Shown here piece after piece: positions 28,469 through 37,708 of a stretch of 64,000 nucleotides of DNA. Source of the stretch: Armatimonadota bacterium (GTDB lineage: Bacteria; Armatimonadota; JAAZEB01); NCBI GenBank assembly GCA_012512265.1, contig JAAZEM010000118.1:6679-70678 (forward strand), given 5' to 3'. The position numbers and the translations under genes were made by a program. Each line of letters starts with the position of its first letter. Position 1 is the first letter of the stretch. The notes beneath the pieces are model-generated. The model had not been told where the DNA came from and searched no databases. It saw only the letters and a program-made list of their open reading frames with translations.

Positions 28469-29287
28469 GTGTCATCCCTGCCCTATGAGCTGATCGCGCT
28501 TGACCTCGATATGACTCTCCTCAACCCCCAGTTGGAGATCAGCCCGCGCAACCGGGCGGCGGTGCGCCGGTGTCGGGACTTGGGCGTGAAAGCGGTGATC
28601 AGCTCCGGGCGGATGCACGCAAGTACCCTCGCCTATCAGCGCGCGCTTGAGCTCGATACCCCTATCATCTCCTATAACGGTGCGCTCATCAAATGCGATA
28701 CGACCGGCGAGGTTCTCCTGCACCGGCGGGTGGATCTCGAGATTGCTCGCGAGATCGTGGCGTTGTGCGAGCGCGAGGGGCTGCACCTGAATTACTACCT
28801 CGACGATACGCTCTATGTGCGCGAGGCGAACCGGTGGGCGCAGCTCTACGCGGAGCGGTGCGCCGTCCCCTTCCATGCCGTGGGCGATTTGCGGAAGCTC
28901 ACCGACCGTGCTCCCACCAAGCTCCTCATTTTCGCAGAGCCGGAGCGGATCGCGGAGCTCAACCGCCGCCTGGCTCCTGTCTACGGAGACCGTGCCTACA
29001 TCACCCCCTCCTTCGCGGACTACCTGGAGGTGATGCCACTGGGCGTGGATAAGGGCCAGGCACTTGCCGTGGTCGCCAGGCACTTTGGCGTCCCCCAGGA
29101 GAAGACGATTGCCTTCGGAGATGCGCTCAACGACGTGCCCGCTCTACGCTGGGCCGGCCTGGGTGTTGCCATGGCGAACGCGAAGCCCGCGGTGAAGGAT
29201 GCTGCCGACCAGATCGCGCCCCATCACGCCGAGGATGGTGTTGCCGCGGTTCTGGAAGCCCTCTTTGATCTCCCCGCCGGGTCCTAG
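28469..29287 (+). CDS. Cof-type HAD-IIB hydrolase
   Basis: ALDLDMTLL, SSGR, SYNGA, VDKG, AFGDALND, AMANA. Confidence 0.93.
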   Translation: MSSLPYELIALDLDMTLLNPQLEISPRNRAAVRRCRDLGVKAVISSGRMHASTLAYQRALELDTPIISYNGALIKCDTTGEVLLHRRVDLEIAREIVALCEREGLHLNYYLDDTLYVREANRWAQLYAERCAVPFHAVGDLRKLTDRAPTKLLIFAEPERIAELNRRLAPVYGDRAYITPSFADYLEVMPLGVDKGQALAVVARHFGVPQEKTIAFGDALNDVPALRWAGLGVAMANAKPAVKDAADQIAPHHAEDGVAAVLEALFDLPAGS

Positions 29288-29437
29288 ACCCCAAGTGTTC
29301 GCACGCGCAGTAGTGGCTGCTGCGAATCCCAACGCTTCCTCACGATACATCTGCTCCGCGCGCCTGCGACGGCCATTTCGCCGCGGGACGCCCTGGCACG
29401 GCATTCAGATGGCCTGCGCTGTGCCGGCAGGGTGCTC

Positions 29438-29466
29438 TTCCCAAGGCTGGCGTCCTGGAGTATAAT
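29438..29466 (+). promoter_or_regulatory. Putative sigma70 promoter
   Basis: TTCCCA-17 bp-TATAAT. Confidence 0.55.
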
Positions 29467-29821
29467 AAGGTGTGGAGCACGACAGAGAATGGGGGCAGGG
29501 CTGTACTGCGGCAGACACCCCCTGGGAGCAAGAGCCATCGCCAGCTGGTCTGGAGGTGGCGATGGGACGAAGTGTAACGTCCCCTCCGGATCGGCGGAGA
29601 AGTGCCTCTGGAGCCGTGGCTGCTTGGCTCCGGCACGTGCGCCTGCACGGCCCGCGCTCCTATGAGACCGCCACGCCCGGGACCCGTTGGGGGGTGCTGA
29701 AGCCACGGGGAAGTGGGCGCCCGAGAAGCTGGATCTGCCTGACCCAGGTTCGCATCATAGCTCGGAATGCACGCGGCGATGTGCCGGAGTGCCGGTCGCT
29801 ATTCGTAAGGATCGAAGAACA

Positions 29822-31060
29822 ATGCATCTCATCTTGAAGGAAGACGTCTTCATCTGCTCGGCAGCGCGAACGCCCATCGGGCGCTTTGATGGCAATCTGG
29901 CGGAGTTCAGTGCCGTTGATCTGGGAGCGGTTGCCCTTGCGGCGGCGCTGGAGCGCGCGGGGGTTGATCCAGCGCGCGTAGAGGCGGCCACTCTGGGCAA
30001 CGTGGTGAAGAGCGGCCTGGGCATGGCTCCCGCGAAGGCGGCCGCAGTGAAGGCTGGTCTCCCCGAGACCATCGTCGCCCGGTGCGTCGATTCTGTTTGC
30101 GGTTCCGCGCTCGAGGCGGTGAATATGACCGTGGAGGCGATTGCCGCCGGGGTGATGCAGGTCGGCGTAGCGGGTGGCATGGAGGCGCGCAGTCAGGCGC
30201 CGTACCTTCTCGGTCCCAAGTTCACGCGCAATTCGGGCGAGTTCCAGAAGGGAAAGCGACCGCGCATGAAGCGCGCCGGCGCCTACCGCTGGGCCCTCGA
30301 TGGCGCCGAGCCGGAGCAGCTCAAGGCGCTTGAGATCAAGGATTCGGTCAGCTACGACGGCCTCTTCTGGCCTACCGAGCGCAAGTTTATGCGCGAATAT
30401 GCCCTTGCCTTTGCCAAGAAGCAGGGCTACACCGTGGAGCAGATCAACGCCTATGCCGAGCAGAGCCACCGCAAAGCGCGCCTGGCGATCGAGAGTGGCT
30501 GGTTCGTCGACGAGATCGCGCCGTGTGGCGACGTTGCCGTCGACCAAGTGGTCTCCGACGAGAAGCTGGCGGCGATGCGCGAGGAGTGCGCCGACGATCC
30601 GGCGGGCAGCTACAACGCCTCCGTGCCTGCGGATGGCGCCGCGGCCGTCGTCGTTGCTTCTGGCGCCGCCGTGAAGGCATTGGGACTGACGCCTATGGCC
30701 CGGGTGGTGGCGTGTGGGCGAGTGCATTGCCCGGCACCAGAGTTTCTCACCGCGCCCGTGGATGCCGCCAACGAGCTCTCGGAGGCGCTGCGCGCCGCGG
30801 GCCAGCCCGGCGATTTCCCGATCATCGAGGCGAACGAGGCTTTTGGGATTCAGCTTCCCTTCTTCGAGGCGAGCTTCCCCGGCGCCGCGATCAACGTCCA
30901 CGGCGGGGCTGTCGCCTTGGGTCACCCGCTCGGCGCCGCTGGCGCACGTCTGCTCACCACGCTCCTCTACGCGATGAAGCGCTATGATCACCCGCGCGGC
31001 CTGGTCACTCTCTGCTTCGGGGGCGGTGGCGCCGTCGCGATCGCTGTCGAACGCTGCTGA
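29822..31060 (+). CDS. Thiolase (acetyl-CoA acetyltransferase family)
   Basis: ARTPIG, VCGSA, ADGAAA, EANEAF, GHPLGA, CFGGG. Confidence 0.92.
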   Translation: MHLILKEDVFICSAARTPIGRFDGNLAEFSAVDLGAVALAAALERAGVDPARVEAATLGNVVKSGLGMAPAKAAAVKAGLPETIVARCVDSVCGSALEAVNMTVEAIAAGVMQVGVAGGMEARSQAPYLLGPKFTRNSGEFQKGKRPRMKRAGAYRWALDGAEPEQLKALEIKDSVSYDGLFWPTERKFMREYALAFAKKQGYTVEQINAYAEQSHRKARLAIESGWFVDEIAPCGDVAVDQVVSDEKLAAMREECADDPAGSYNASVPADGAAAVVVASGAAVKALGLTPMARVVACGRVHCPAPEFLTAPVDAANELSEALRAAGQPGDFPIIEANEAFGIQLPFFEASFPGAAINVHGGAVALGHPLGAAGARLLTTLLYAMKRYDHPRGLVTLCFGGGGAVAIAVERC

Positions 31061-31069
31061 GGGAATACT

Positions 31070-32272
31070 ATGAAGCTTGTACAGTTCGGCGCCGGGAACA
31101 TCGGCCGCTCCTTCATCGGCCAACTCTTCTCGCGTGCCGGGTATGAAGTGGTCTTTGCCGATGTCGTGCCAGAGGTCATCCGCCTCCTCAATGAGCGCCG
31201 GCGCTACCGCGTTGAGATCAAGGACGACCCGCCGGGAACGATCTGGGTAGAGAATGTGCGCGCGGTGGACGGCCGCGACCGTGACCAGGTTGTCGCCGAG
31301 TTGACCACCGCCGATATTGCCGGCACGGCAGTAGGACCCGCTGCTCTCCCGCACCTCTTTCCGGTGATCGCCGCAGCGCTCCGCGCGCGCCGGGAGCAGG
31401 GCCGGGGCCCGCTCGATATCATCCTCTGCGAGAACCTGCGCGGGGCGGCTGCCACGGTGCGCGAGGGCGTGGCCGCCCTCTTGCCGGGTGATTTCCCCCT
31501 GGACGAAAGCCTGGGCCTGGTGGAGACGAGCATCGGCAAGATGGTGCCGATCATGACCGCGGCGCAGCGCGCCGCCGATCCCCTCGCCGTCCATGCCGAG
31601 GCCTACAACACGCTCATCTGCGACGCGCGCGGCTTCCGCGGCCCCATTCCGAACGTGCCGGGGCTCGATCCCAAGCAGAACATGCGTGCCTACGTGGACC
31701 GCAAGTCGTTCATCCACAACCTGGGACACGCAATCACCGCCTACGTCGGCTATGTGTGCGACCCGCGCATGGTCTATCTGTGGGAAGCGGTGGAGCGTCC
31801 GGATGTGCGCGAGGTAGCCGAGGGGGCGATGTGGGAGTCGGCGCGGGCGCTTATCCGCGAGTATCCCGAGGAGTTCACGGAGGCAAACCAGCGCGAGCAT
31901 ATCGAGGACCTTCTGAGGCGCTTTGCCAACCGTGCCCTGGGCGATACGATCTTCCGCGTGGGCCGGGACCTGCCGCGCAAGCTCTCCCCCGAGGATCGTC
32001 TGGTCGGAGCGTTGCGCCTCGGCCTGCGCCACGGCCTTTCCGCGCCAAACACGCTGCTTGGCATTGCTGCGGCTCTCCATTTCCGCGCGGTCGATGAGGA
32101 GGGCCGGCTCCATCCCGCCGACGCGCAGTTCGTCGAGGAGTGGATTCCACAGGGCCCCGAGAAGATCTTGACCGGAGTGTGTGCCCTGAATCCGGATGTG
32201 CCCGCCGAAGCCGCGTGCATCCACGAGGTGACGGCCGCCTACCACCGCCTCGGATCCGGCGCCGGGCTGTAG
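31070..32272 (+). CDS. Mannitol-1-phosphate 5-dehydrogenase family (MtlD-like)
   Basis: QFGAGNIGRSFIG, TAVG, LCEN, RK...HNLGH, RVGRDLPRKLS..DRL. Confidence 0.88.
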   Translation: MKLVQFGAGNIGRSFIGQLFSRAGYEVVFADVVPEVIRLLNERRRYRVEIKDDPPGTIWVENVRAVDGRDRDQVVAELTTADIAGTAVGPAALPHLFPVIAAALRARREQGRGPLDIILCENLRGAAATVREGVAALLPGDFPLDESLGLVETSIGKMVPIMTAAQRAADPLAVHAEAYNTLICDARGFRGPIPNVPGLDPKQNMRAYVDRKSFIHNLGHAITAYVGYVCDPRMVYLWEAVERPDVREVAEGAMWESARALIREYPEEFTEANQREHIEDLLRRFANRALGDTIFRVGRDLPRKLSPEDRLVGALRLGLRHGLSAPNTLLGIAAALHFRAVDEEGRLHPADAQFVEEWIPQGPEKILTGVCALNPDVPAEAACIHEVTAAYHRLGSGAGL

Positions 32273-32398
32273 CAGCGCGCCCCGAAACCATCGTGGCTTC
32301 CGGCAGGTGAACGCGCGGGAGCATGATAAAGTAGTTCAGTGATCCCGTTCGTCCGGGGCCACTCCCGGCGATCGCTGTGGGATGAGGAGATAAGACTG

Positions 32399-33436
32399 AT
32401 GGATATCATTGGGCAGATCAAGGCGCGCGCGAAAAGCGCCGGCCTGACCATCGCGCTTCCCGAGGGGGAGGAGGAGCGGAACGTCATTGCTGCCGGGCAG
32501 GTGATGCGCGAGGGTATTGCAAAGATCATCCTCCTGGGCCGTGAGAAAGAGGTGCGCGCAACCGCCGCGCGCGTGGGTACCGATCTCAGCGACATTCCGA
32601 TTGTGGATCCCTCCACCGACCCTCGGTTTGAGGAGTTCTCTAACCGCTTCTATGAGATGCGCAAGGCCAAGGGGATGACCCCGGACCAGGCGCGCGATGC
32701 CATGCGCGATCCGATCCACTTTGCGGCGATGATGGTGAAGCTGGGCCAGGCCGATGGCTACGTCTCGGGCGCGATCCACGCCACCGCCGACGTGCTCCGC
32801 CCGGCGCTTACGATCATCCGTCCGGCGCGCGGGATCAAGACGGTTTCCGCCTGGTTCCTGATGGTCCTCCCGGATCCCACCTACGGCGCGAACGGGGTCC
32901 TTGCCTACGGCGATAGCGGTATGGTGATCGACCCGGACGCCGAGCAGCTGGCCGAGATCGCGATCGAAACCGCGGAGTCGTTCCACGCGCTCACCGGTGC
33001 CGAGCCGCGCGTTGCCATGCTCTCCTTCTCCACCAAGGGGAGCGCGAAGCACCCGCTGGTCGACAAGGTGGTGCAGGCAACCGAGCTGGTGCGAAAGCGC
33101 GCCCCGGATCTGCTCGTGGATGGCGAGCTCCAGGCCGATGCGGCGCTCGTTCCCTCCGTGGCCAAGACGAAGGTCAAGGGCGAGAGCCCCGTGGCCGGAC
33201 GTGCCAACGTGCTGATCTTCCCCAACCTCGATTGCGGGAACATCGCCTACAAGCTCACCGAGCGCCTGGCGCACGCGGGGGCCTACGGACCGCTTATTCA
33301 GGGCCTGGCCCGGCCGGTCAACGATCTCTCGCGTGGGTGTTCCGCGGAGGATATCGTCAACATCGTCGCGATCACCGCGCTTCAGGCCGTCTCCGCGCGC
33401 GAGCATGAGAAGAACGCCGTGGGTACCGACGGATGA
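32399..33436 (+). CDS. pta: Phosphate acetyltransferase (catalytic PTA_PTB domain only)
   Basis: [50 protein letters not shown]. Confidence 0.93.
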   Translation: MDIIGQIKARAKSAGLTIALPEGEEERNVIAAGQVMREGIAKIILLGREKEVRATAARVGTDLSDIPIVDPSTDPRFEEFSNRFYEMRKAKGMTPDQARDAMRDPIHFAAMMVKLGQADGYVSGAIHATADVLRPALTIIRPARGIKTVSAWFLMVLPDPTYGANGVLAYGDSGMVIDPDAEQLAEIAIETAESFHALTGAEPRVAMLSFSTKGSAKHPLVDKVVQATELVRKRAPDLLVDGELQADAALVPSVAKTKVKGESPVAGRANVLIFPNLDCGNIAYKLTERLAHAGAYGPLIQGLARPVNDLSRGCSAEDIVNIVAITALQAVSAREHEKNAVGTDG

Positions 33437-34527
33437 AAAAGGTCTTCATCGCCGCCACTCACCAGAACGAGGGGAAGACGACACTCTCTCTCGGGTTGCT
33501 GGCTGCTCTGCAGAACCGCGGGCTCGATGTCGGCTTCATCAAGCCGGTCGGCCAGCGCTACATGGAGGTCAACGGCCAGAAGATCGACGAGGATGCCGTG
33601 CTCGTCGCCGCCGTGATGGACCGCGAGGAGGAGCTGGCGGCGATGAGCCCCATCGCCGTGGAGTCGCGTTTCACCCGCGAGTATATCGACGCGCCCCGGC
33701 CTGATGACCTGCTGGATCGGATCACAGCCGCCTTCCACCAGGTGTCGCAGGGCCGAGACTTCATGGTGATCGAAGGCACCGGCCATGCCGGCGTTGGCTC
33801 CGTCTTCGATCTCTCCAACGCGCGCGTAGCGCAGCACTTGGGCGCGGGGGTGATCCTGGTGACCGGGGGTGGCATCGGCCGGCCGATCGATGAGATCATG
33901 CTCAACCGCTGTCTCTTCGCCGCGCATGGCGTGCCGGTGATCGGGGTGATCATCAACCGCGCGATTCCCGAAAAGCTCGAGATGATCCGCGACTATGCCG
34001 GCCGTGGCCTGGCGCGCTTCGGCGTCGATCTCCTCGGGGTGATCCCCCTCCGGCCACGCCTCTCTAACCCGACGGTGCGTCAGGTCGTGGATGGCCTGAA
34101 AGGCCGGCTCCTCAACGGCGGCGATTCCCTCGACCACAAGATCGAGCGCTGCGTGATCGGCACCATGTCGCCTCATACGGCGCTCGATCACTTCGCTCCC
34201 GGTGTCCTGGCCATCCTTCCCGGGGATCGGGAGGACCTGCTTCTTGCCGCCATGAGCTCTTGCGTCATGGGCGAGAGGCAGTCGTATTGCGTCTCTGGCA
34301 TTGTGCTCACGCGCGGTATTCTCCCGCATGCCACCGTGATGCGCCTGGTGAAGCGCACCCAGATTCCCGTGGTGCTCGTGGACGATGAGAGCTACTCGGT
34401 CGTCTCCAAGATCCACGATCTCACCGTCAAGATGCAGCCAAACGATACCGAAACGATCCAGCTGGCGCAGCGTCTGGTCGAAAAGCACGTCGATATCGAT
34501 CGCGTGCTGGCTGCTGCCACGTCATAG
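33433..34527 (+). CDS. BioD-like P-loop plus DRTGG-type protein (homolog of the Pta N-terminal region)
   Basis: [36 protein letters not shown]. Confidence 0.85.
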   Translation: MKKVFIAATHQNEGKTTLSLGLLAALQNRGLDVGFIKPVGQRYMEVNGQKIDEDAVLVAAVMDREEELAAMSPIAVESRFTREYIDAPRPDDLLDRITAAFHQVSQGRDFMVIEGTGHAGVGSVFDLSNARVAQHLGAGVILVTGGGIGRPIDEIMLNRCLFAAHGVPVIGVIINRAIPEKLEMIRDYAGRGLARFGVDLLGVIPLRPRLSNPTVRQVVDGLKGRLLNGGDSLDHKIERCVIGTMSPHTALDHFAPGVLAILPGDREDLLLAAMSSCVMGERQSYCVSGIVLTRGILPHATVMRLVKRTQIPVVLVDDESYSVVSKIHDLTVKMQPNDTETIQLAQRLVEKHVDIDRVLAAATS

Positions 34528-34642
34528 CACGCCGGGAGTCGGGCGTCGTCTCGCCTCCCCGGTTTCCCCAATCATGCTCCAGGCGAAGAAGGACCCCCCA
34601 ACTCCCCCGCGGAATCATCTTTCATTCTGAAAGGAGAAGCCA

Positions 34643-35707
34643 ATGACACCGAGAGCACGCGTGGAGGCTGCCCTGCGGGGCGAGATGCCGGACAAGGTGC
34701 CTTTTACCGTGTATGAGAGCAAGATCCCCCAATGCGCCGTCGAGCGGCAGCTTCGCAACGAGGGCCTCTGCATCGTCGTGCGGACGGTGCCGGTGGTAAA
34801 CACGATCACGCCCAACGTCACCGTGGAGAGCCACATCTTCACCCAGGACGGGGTGCGCTATACCCGCACGATCTACCATACGCCAGTCGGCGATTTGAGC
34901 ACGCTGACGCGGCCGGCGGGGTTCACGTCGTGGCATGTGGAGAAGATCTTCAAGACGCCCGAGGATTATAAGCCGCTCCTCTTCCTGATCCAGGACCGGC
35001 AGTTTCTGCCCAACTACGCCGCCTTTGAACGGGCTCAGGCCGATTTTGGCGAAGATGGCTTTTTCCGCGGCGCGGTGGGCTCCACGCCGCTGCACGAGAT
35101 CATGGTCTCCATGATGGGGGTCGAGACCTTCGCCATCGAATGGGTGGAGCGCCGCGACGAGATCATGAAGCTGTATGACGCCCTCGTGGAGAAGCTGCGG
35201 AGCCTCTACCCCTTGCTTGCCGACTCGCCGGCGCTTGCCTTCAACTACGGCGGCAACGAGACGGCGGATGTGATGGGCCGCGAGCGTTTTGAGAAGTACG
35301 TGGCGCCCCACTACGATGAGGCCGCCGAGGTCCTCCATAAGAAGGGGAAGCTCCTGGGCGCACACCTCGATGGAAACAACCGCGTGTGGGCCGATATCGT
35401 CGCCCGATCTGGGCTGGACTATATCGAGGCGTTTACTCCCGCGCCGGACACCGACATGAGCATGGCCGATGCGCGCGAGGTGTGGGCGGATAAAGTCCTC
35501 TGGATCAACTACCCCTCCTCCGTCCACCTCGCCTCAATCGAGACGATCGAGGAGACAACGCGCCAGATCCTACGCGATGCCGCTCCGGGCGACCGGCTTC
35601 TCGTGGGCATCACCGAGGATGTGCCCGAGAACCGGTGGCGCGAGAACTTCCTCGCGATCTCGCGGGTGCTCGACACCGATGGCCGAACGCCCGTCGCGGC
35701 GTCATGA
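34643..35707 (+). CDS. Uroporphyrinogen decarboxylase-like (URO-D/MtaA fold) protein
   Basis: MTPRARVEAALRGEMPDKVP N-terminus, HTPVGDL, HLDG, TEDVP. Confidence 0.7.
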   Translation: MTPRARVEAALRGEMPDKVPFTVYESKIPQCAVERQLRNEGLCIVVRTVPVVNTITPNVTVESHIFTQDGVRYTRTIYHTPVGDLSTLTRPAGFTSWHVEKIFKTPEDYKPLLFLIQDRQFLPNYAAFERAQADFGEDGFFRGAVGSTPLHEIMVSMMGVETFAIEWVERRDEIMKLYDALVEKLRSLYPLLADSPALAFNYGGNETADVMGRERFEKYVAPHYDEAAEVLHKKGKLLGAHLDGNNRVWADIVARSGLDYIEAFTPAPDTDMSMADAREVWADKVLWINYPSSVHLASIETIEETTRQILRDAAPGDRLLVGITEDVPENRWRENFLAISRVLDTDGRTPVAAS

Positions 35708-35809
35708 GGCCTCGCGCGACGATAGCCGGCGCCCGGGCCACCGAGACCTGTCCGTATTCAGCACACTGGTAGGCCTGGGGTGGTCTGAAACACCACCCCG
35801 GGCCTCCTG

Positions 35810-36016
35810 CTACTTCTCTTCTTCCTCCTCATACTCCTCGTACCAGCCCTCCGGTCCCGCGCTGGAATGGAGATGCGTGGCGAATTCGAGGAGTGCCACC
35901 GCCGCTTCGACGCGAGTTTCGCCGTCTTGGCTCTCGTCGTTGGCGACCTGGCGGAGCACCTTCACCGCGTCACCAATCGCTCCCTGGAATTCCTGTGCAT
36001 CGAGCTCGACCATCAT
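35810..36016 (-). CDS. Hypothetical small acidic protein
   Basis: TAAGGAG RBS, 68-aa helical ORF. Confidence 0.6.
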   Translation of the reverse strand: MMVELDAQEFQGAIGDAVKVLRQVANDESQDGETRVEAAVALLEFATHLHSSAGPEGWYEEYEEEEEK

Positions 36017-36050
36017 CTCAAGACTCCTTATTTCGTTTCCCTGCCGGGGA

Positions 36051-36944
36051 TCACGGCGCGGCCGTGATCCGGATCTCCCGGGTATCCTGAAGTGGCACCT
36101 CCAGCGCATGGGTCACCCTGCCGGTGACGGTGTAGCTTCCCGGCGGCACGCGAGCACCGGTATTGTCCGTCCCGTCCCATCGCACGGTGAACGCGCGCGT
36201 CTCGTCTGGCAACAACACCAACTGCGTCACTGCCTGGGTGAATGCCCGGCCCTCTGACCAGCGCCACACCACCTCGCCATTGCGCTGGACGATGAAATCG
36301 AAGAGTTGGCCGGTGCGCATCAGCAGGCGCACCGTCTCGCTCCCCCTGTTTCGAATGCGGAGCGTCAACTCGATGGGCGCGCCCGCCGGATACTCCGCTT
36401 GCGGTGTGCTCAGGCCCACCTCCACCGACTGTTGTATTTGCGCTGCCGGCGTTGGCTGTGCCGGCTCCTCCGGGCTGGGCGGCGCGGCAGGCTGATCCAC
36501 TGTGCGAATGTAGATCGTGCGTGCCTGCGGATCCCAACGCACGTCGGCGCCGAACGTCTCGGCCACGACGCGCAATGGGACCATCGTGCGCCCCTGGATC
36601 ACCTGCACCGGCACGCGCGTTCGGATGCTGCGGTTGCCAGCAACGAGCGTCTCCGCGCCCGCCTGCACGACAACGCGCTGCCCCTCGTAATCGATCACCG
36701 CCTCGCGCCCGGCGGGCTGCCAGGTGAGGTTCGCGCCTAGCGCCTGCGCGATAAACCGGATGGGGACGAGCGTAGTCCCTTGGATGATGCGCGGGGCGAT
36801 ATCCGTCTGCACCATCCGCCCGTTGACCACCAGGCGGGGAGGGTTCTGCGACGCTGGCGCGCGCGCTTGCGATGGTGTTTCCGCGGCAGCCGATGCAATC
36901 CAAGTAGCCGCCGCGAGGATCAGAACCCAACTGGCTGCTCTCAT
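36051..36944 (-). CDS. Secreted copper-amine-oxidase N-terminal (stalk) domain plus BsuPI-like domain protein
   Basis: GTTLVPIRFIAQALGA and GRTMVPLRVVAETFGADVRWD repeats; GQLFDFIV...VWRWSEGRAFTQA. Confidence 0.82.
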   Translation of the reverse strand: MRAASWVLILAAATWIASAAAETPSQARAPASQNPPRLVVNGRMVQTDIAPRIIQGTTLVPIRFIAQALGANLTWQPAGREAVIDYEGQRVVVQAGAETLVAGNRSIRTRVPVQVIQGRTMVPLRVVAETFGADVRWDPQARTIYIRTVDQPAAPPSPEEPAQPTPAAQIQQSVEVGLSTPQAEYPAGAPIELTLRIRNRGSETVRLLMRTGQLFDFIVQRNGEVVWRWSEGRAFTQAVTQLVLLPDETRAFTVRWDGTDNTGARVPPGSYTVTGRVTHALEVPLQDTREIRITAAP

Positions 36945-37113
36945 GACCACAACGTTCCCCCTCCTAACCACGCGCCAAACGGCGCGCGCCTTCAACGCGG
37001 CATCCCGGTGTAATGCCAGGACGCGACAGCTCGCGGGCGCGTTTCCGGCGAGAGAGAGACGCCCATTGTTGCAGGGAAGGAAAGGGGAGGGTGACTGCGA
37101 AGATCGCACCTAT

Positions 37114-37437
37114 TTACGCATCGCCGAGCGCCCGGCGCCCGGCCTCGCGGAGATAGGGGATGAGCGCCTCGAACTCCTCCCGGCGCTCCTCGCTGAAGAT
37201 GATCACGTAGATGCTGAGGCAATCCTCGTTAAAGCAGAGGAAAATGGCGGCATCGAGCGGGGGCAGCTCGTGCGGGCTGGCGCCCTCCAGACCCGCGGCT
37301 GAGGCGCCGCCGGCGGGGAAGGGGATGAGGAAGGTCGTCCCGGAGCAGCGCGGGCATGCCGCCAGCTCCTCGAGCGTCAGCTCCCATACCTCACGCGAGT
37401 AGGGCGCGCGTATCGCCTTGAACGCTGTCCATTCCAT
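37114..37437 (-). CDS. Hypothetical protein, possible zinc ribbon
   Basis: CPRC...CFNEDC; GGGGGT RBS-like sequence. Confidence 0.55.
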   Translation of the reverse strand: MEWTAFKAIRAPYSREVWELTLEELAACPRCSGTTFLIPFPAGGASAAGLEGASPHELPPLDAAIFLCFNEDCLSIYVIIFSEERREEFEALIPYLREAGRRALGDA

Positions 37438-37536
37438 CGAGACCCCCCTGGCGTGATGCACCGGCACGCGCCGGCGGCATCTGCCCCCCTCGCGCGATTC
37501 CACGGGGTCGGCGCCGCTCCCCGCGTGCGTGGCGCG

Positions 37537-37708
37537 CTAGCTCGAAGTATTCACCAGAATACTTCAAGAGAAGTCTCTTGCCTGGTGGCACTCCGTTGCC
37601 GCCACAAGCGCCCGGCGGCAGAGTGTTTTCGAGGGCAGTGCCCACAAACCTGGGCCACGCCTGATAGAGAGACTTCTTTTCATTATTCTGATGAATAATG
37701 CGCGCTAG
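37537..37708. repeat. ~42-bp imperfect inverted repeats, each with a TATTC-N4-GAATA palindrome
   Basis: CTAGCTCGAAGTATTCACCAGAATACTTCAAGAGAAGTCTCT (37537-37578) vs minus-strand CTAGCGCGCATTATTCATCAGAATAATGAAAAGAAGTCTCT (37668-37708). Confidence 0.7.

Noticed and set aside
37677-37706. dif-like Xer site
   Set aside because: GCGCATTA resembles a XerC arm, but there is no TTATGTTAAAT-like XerD arm
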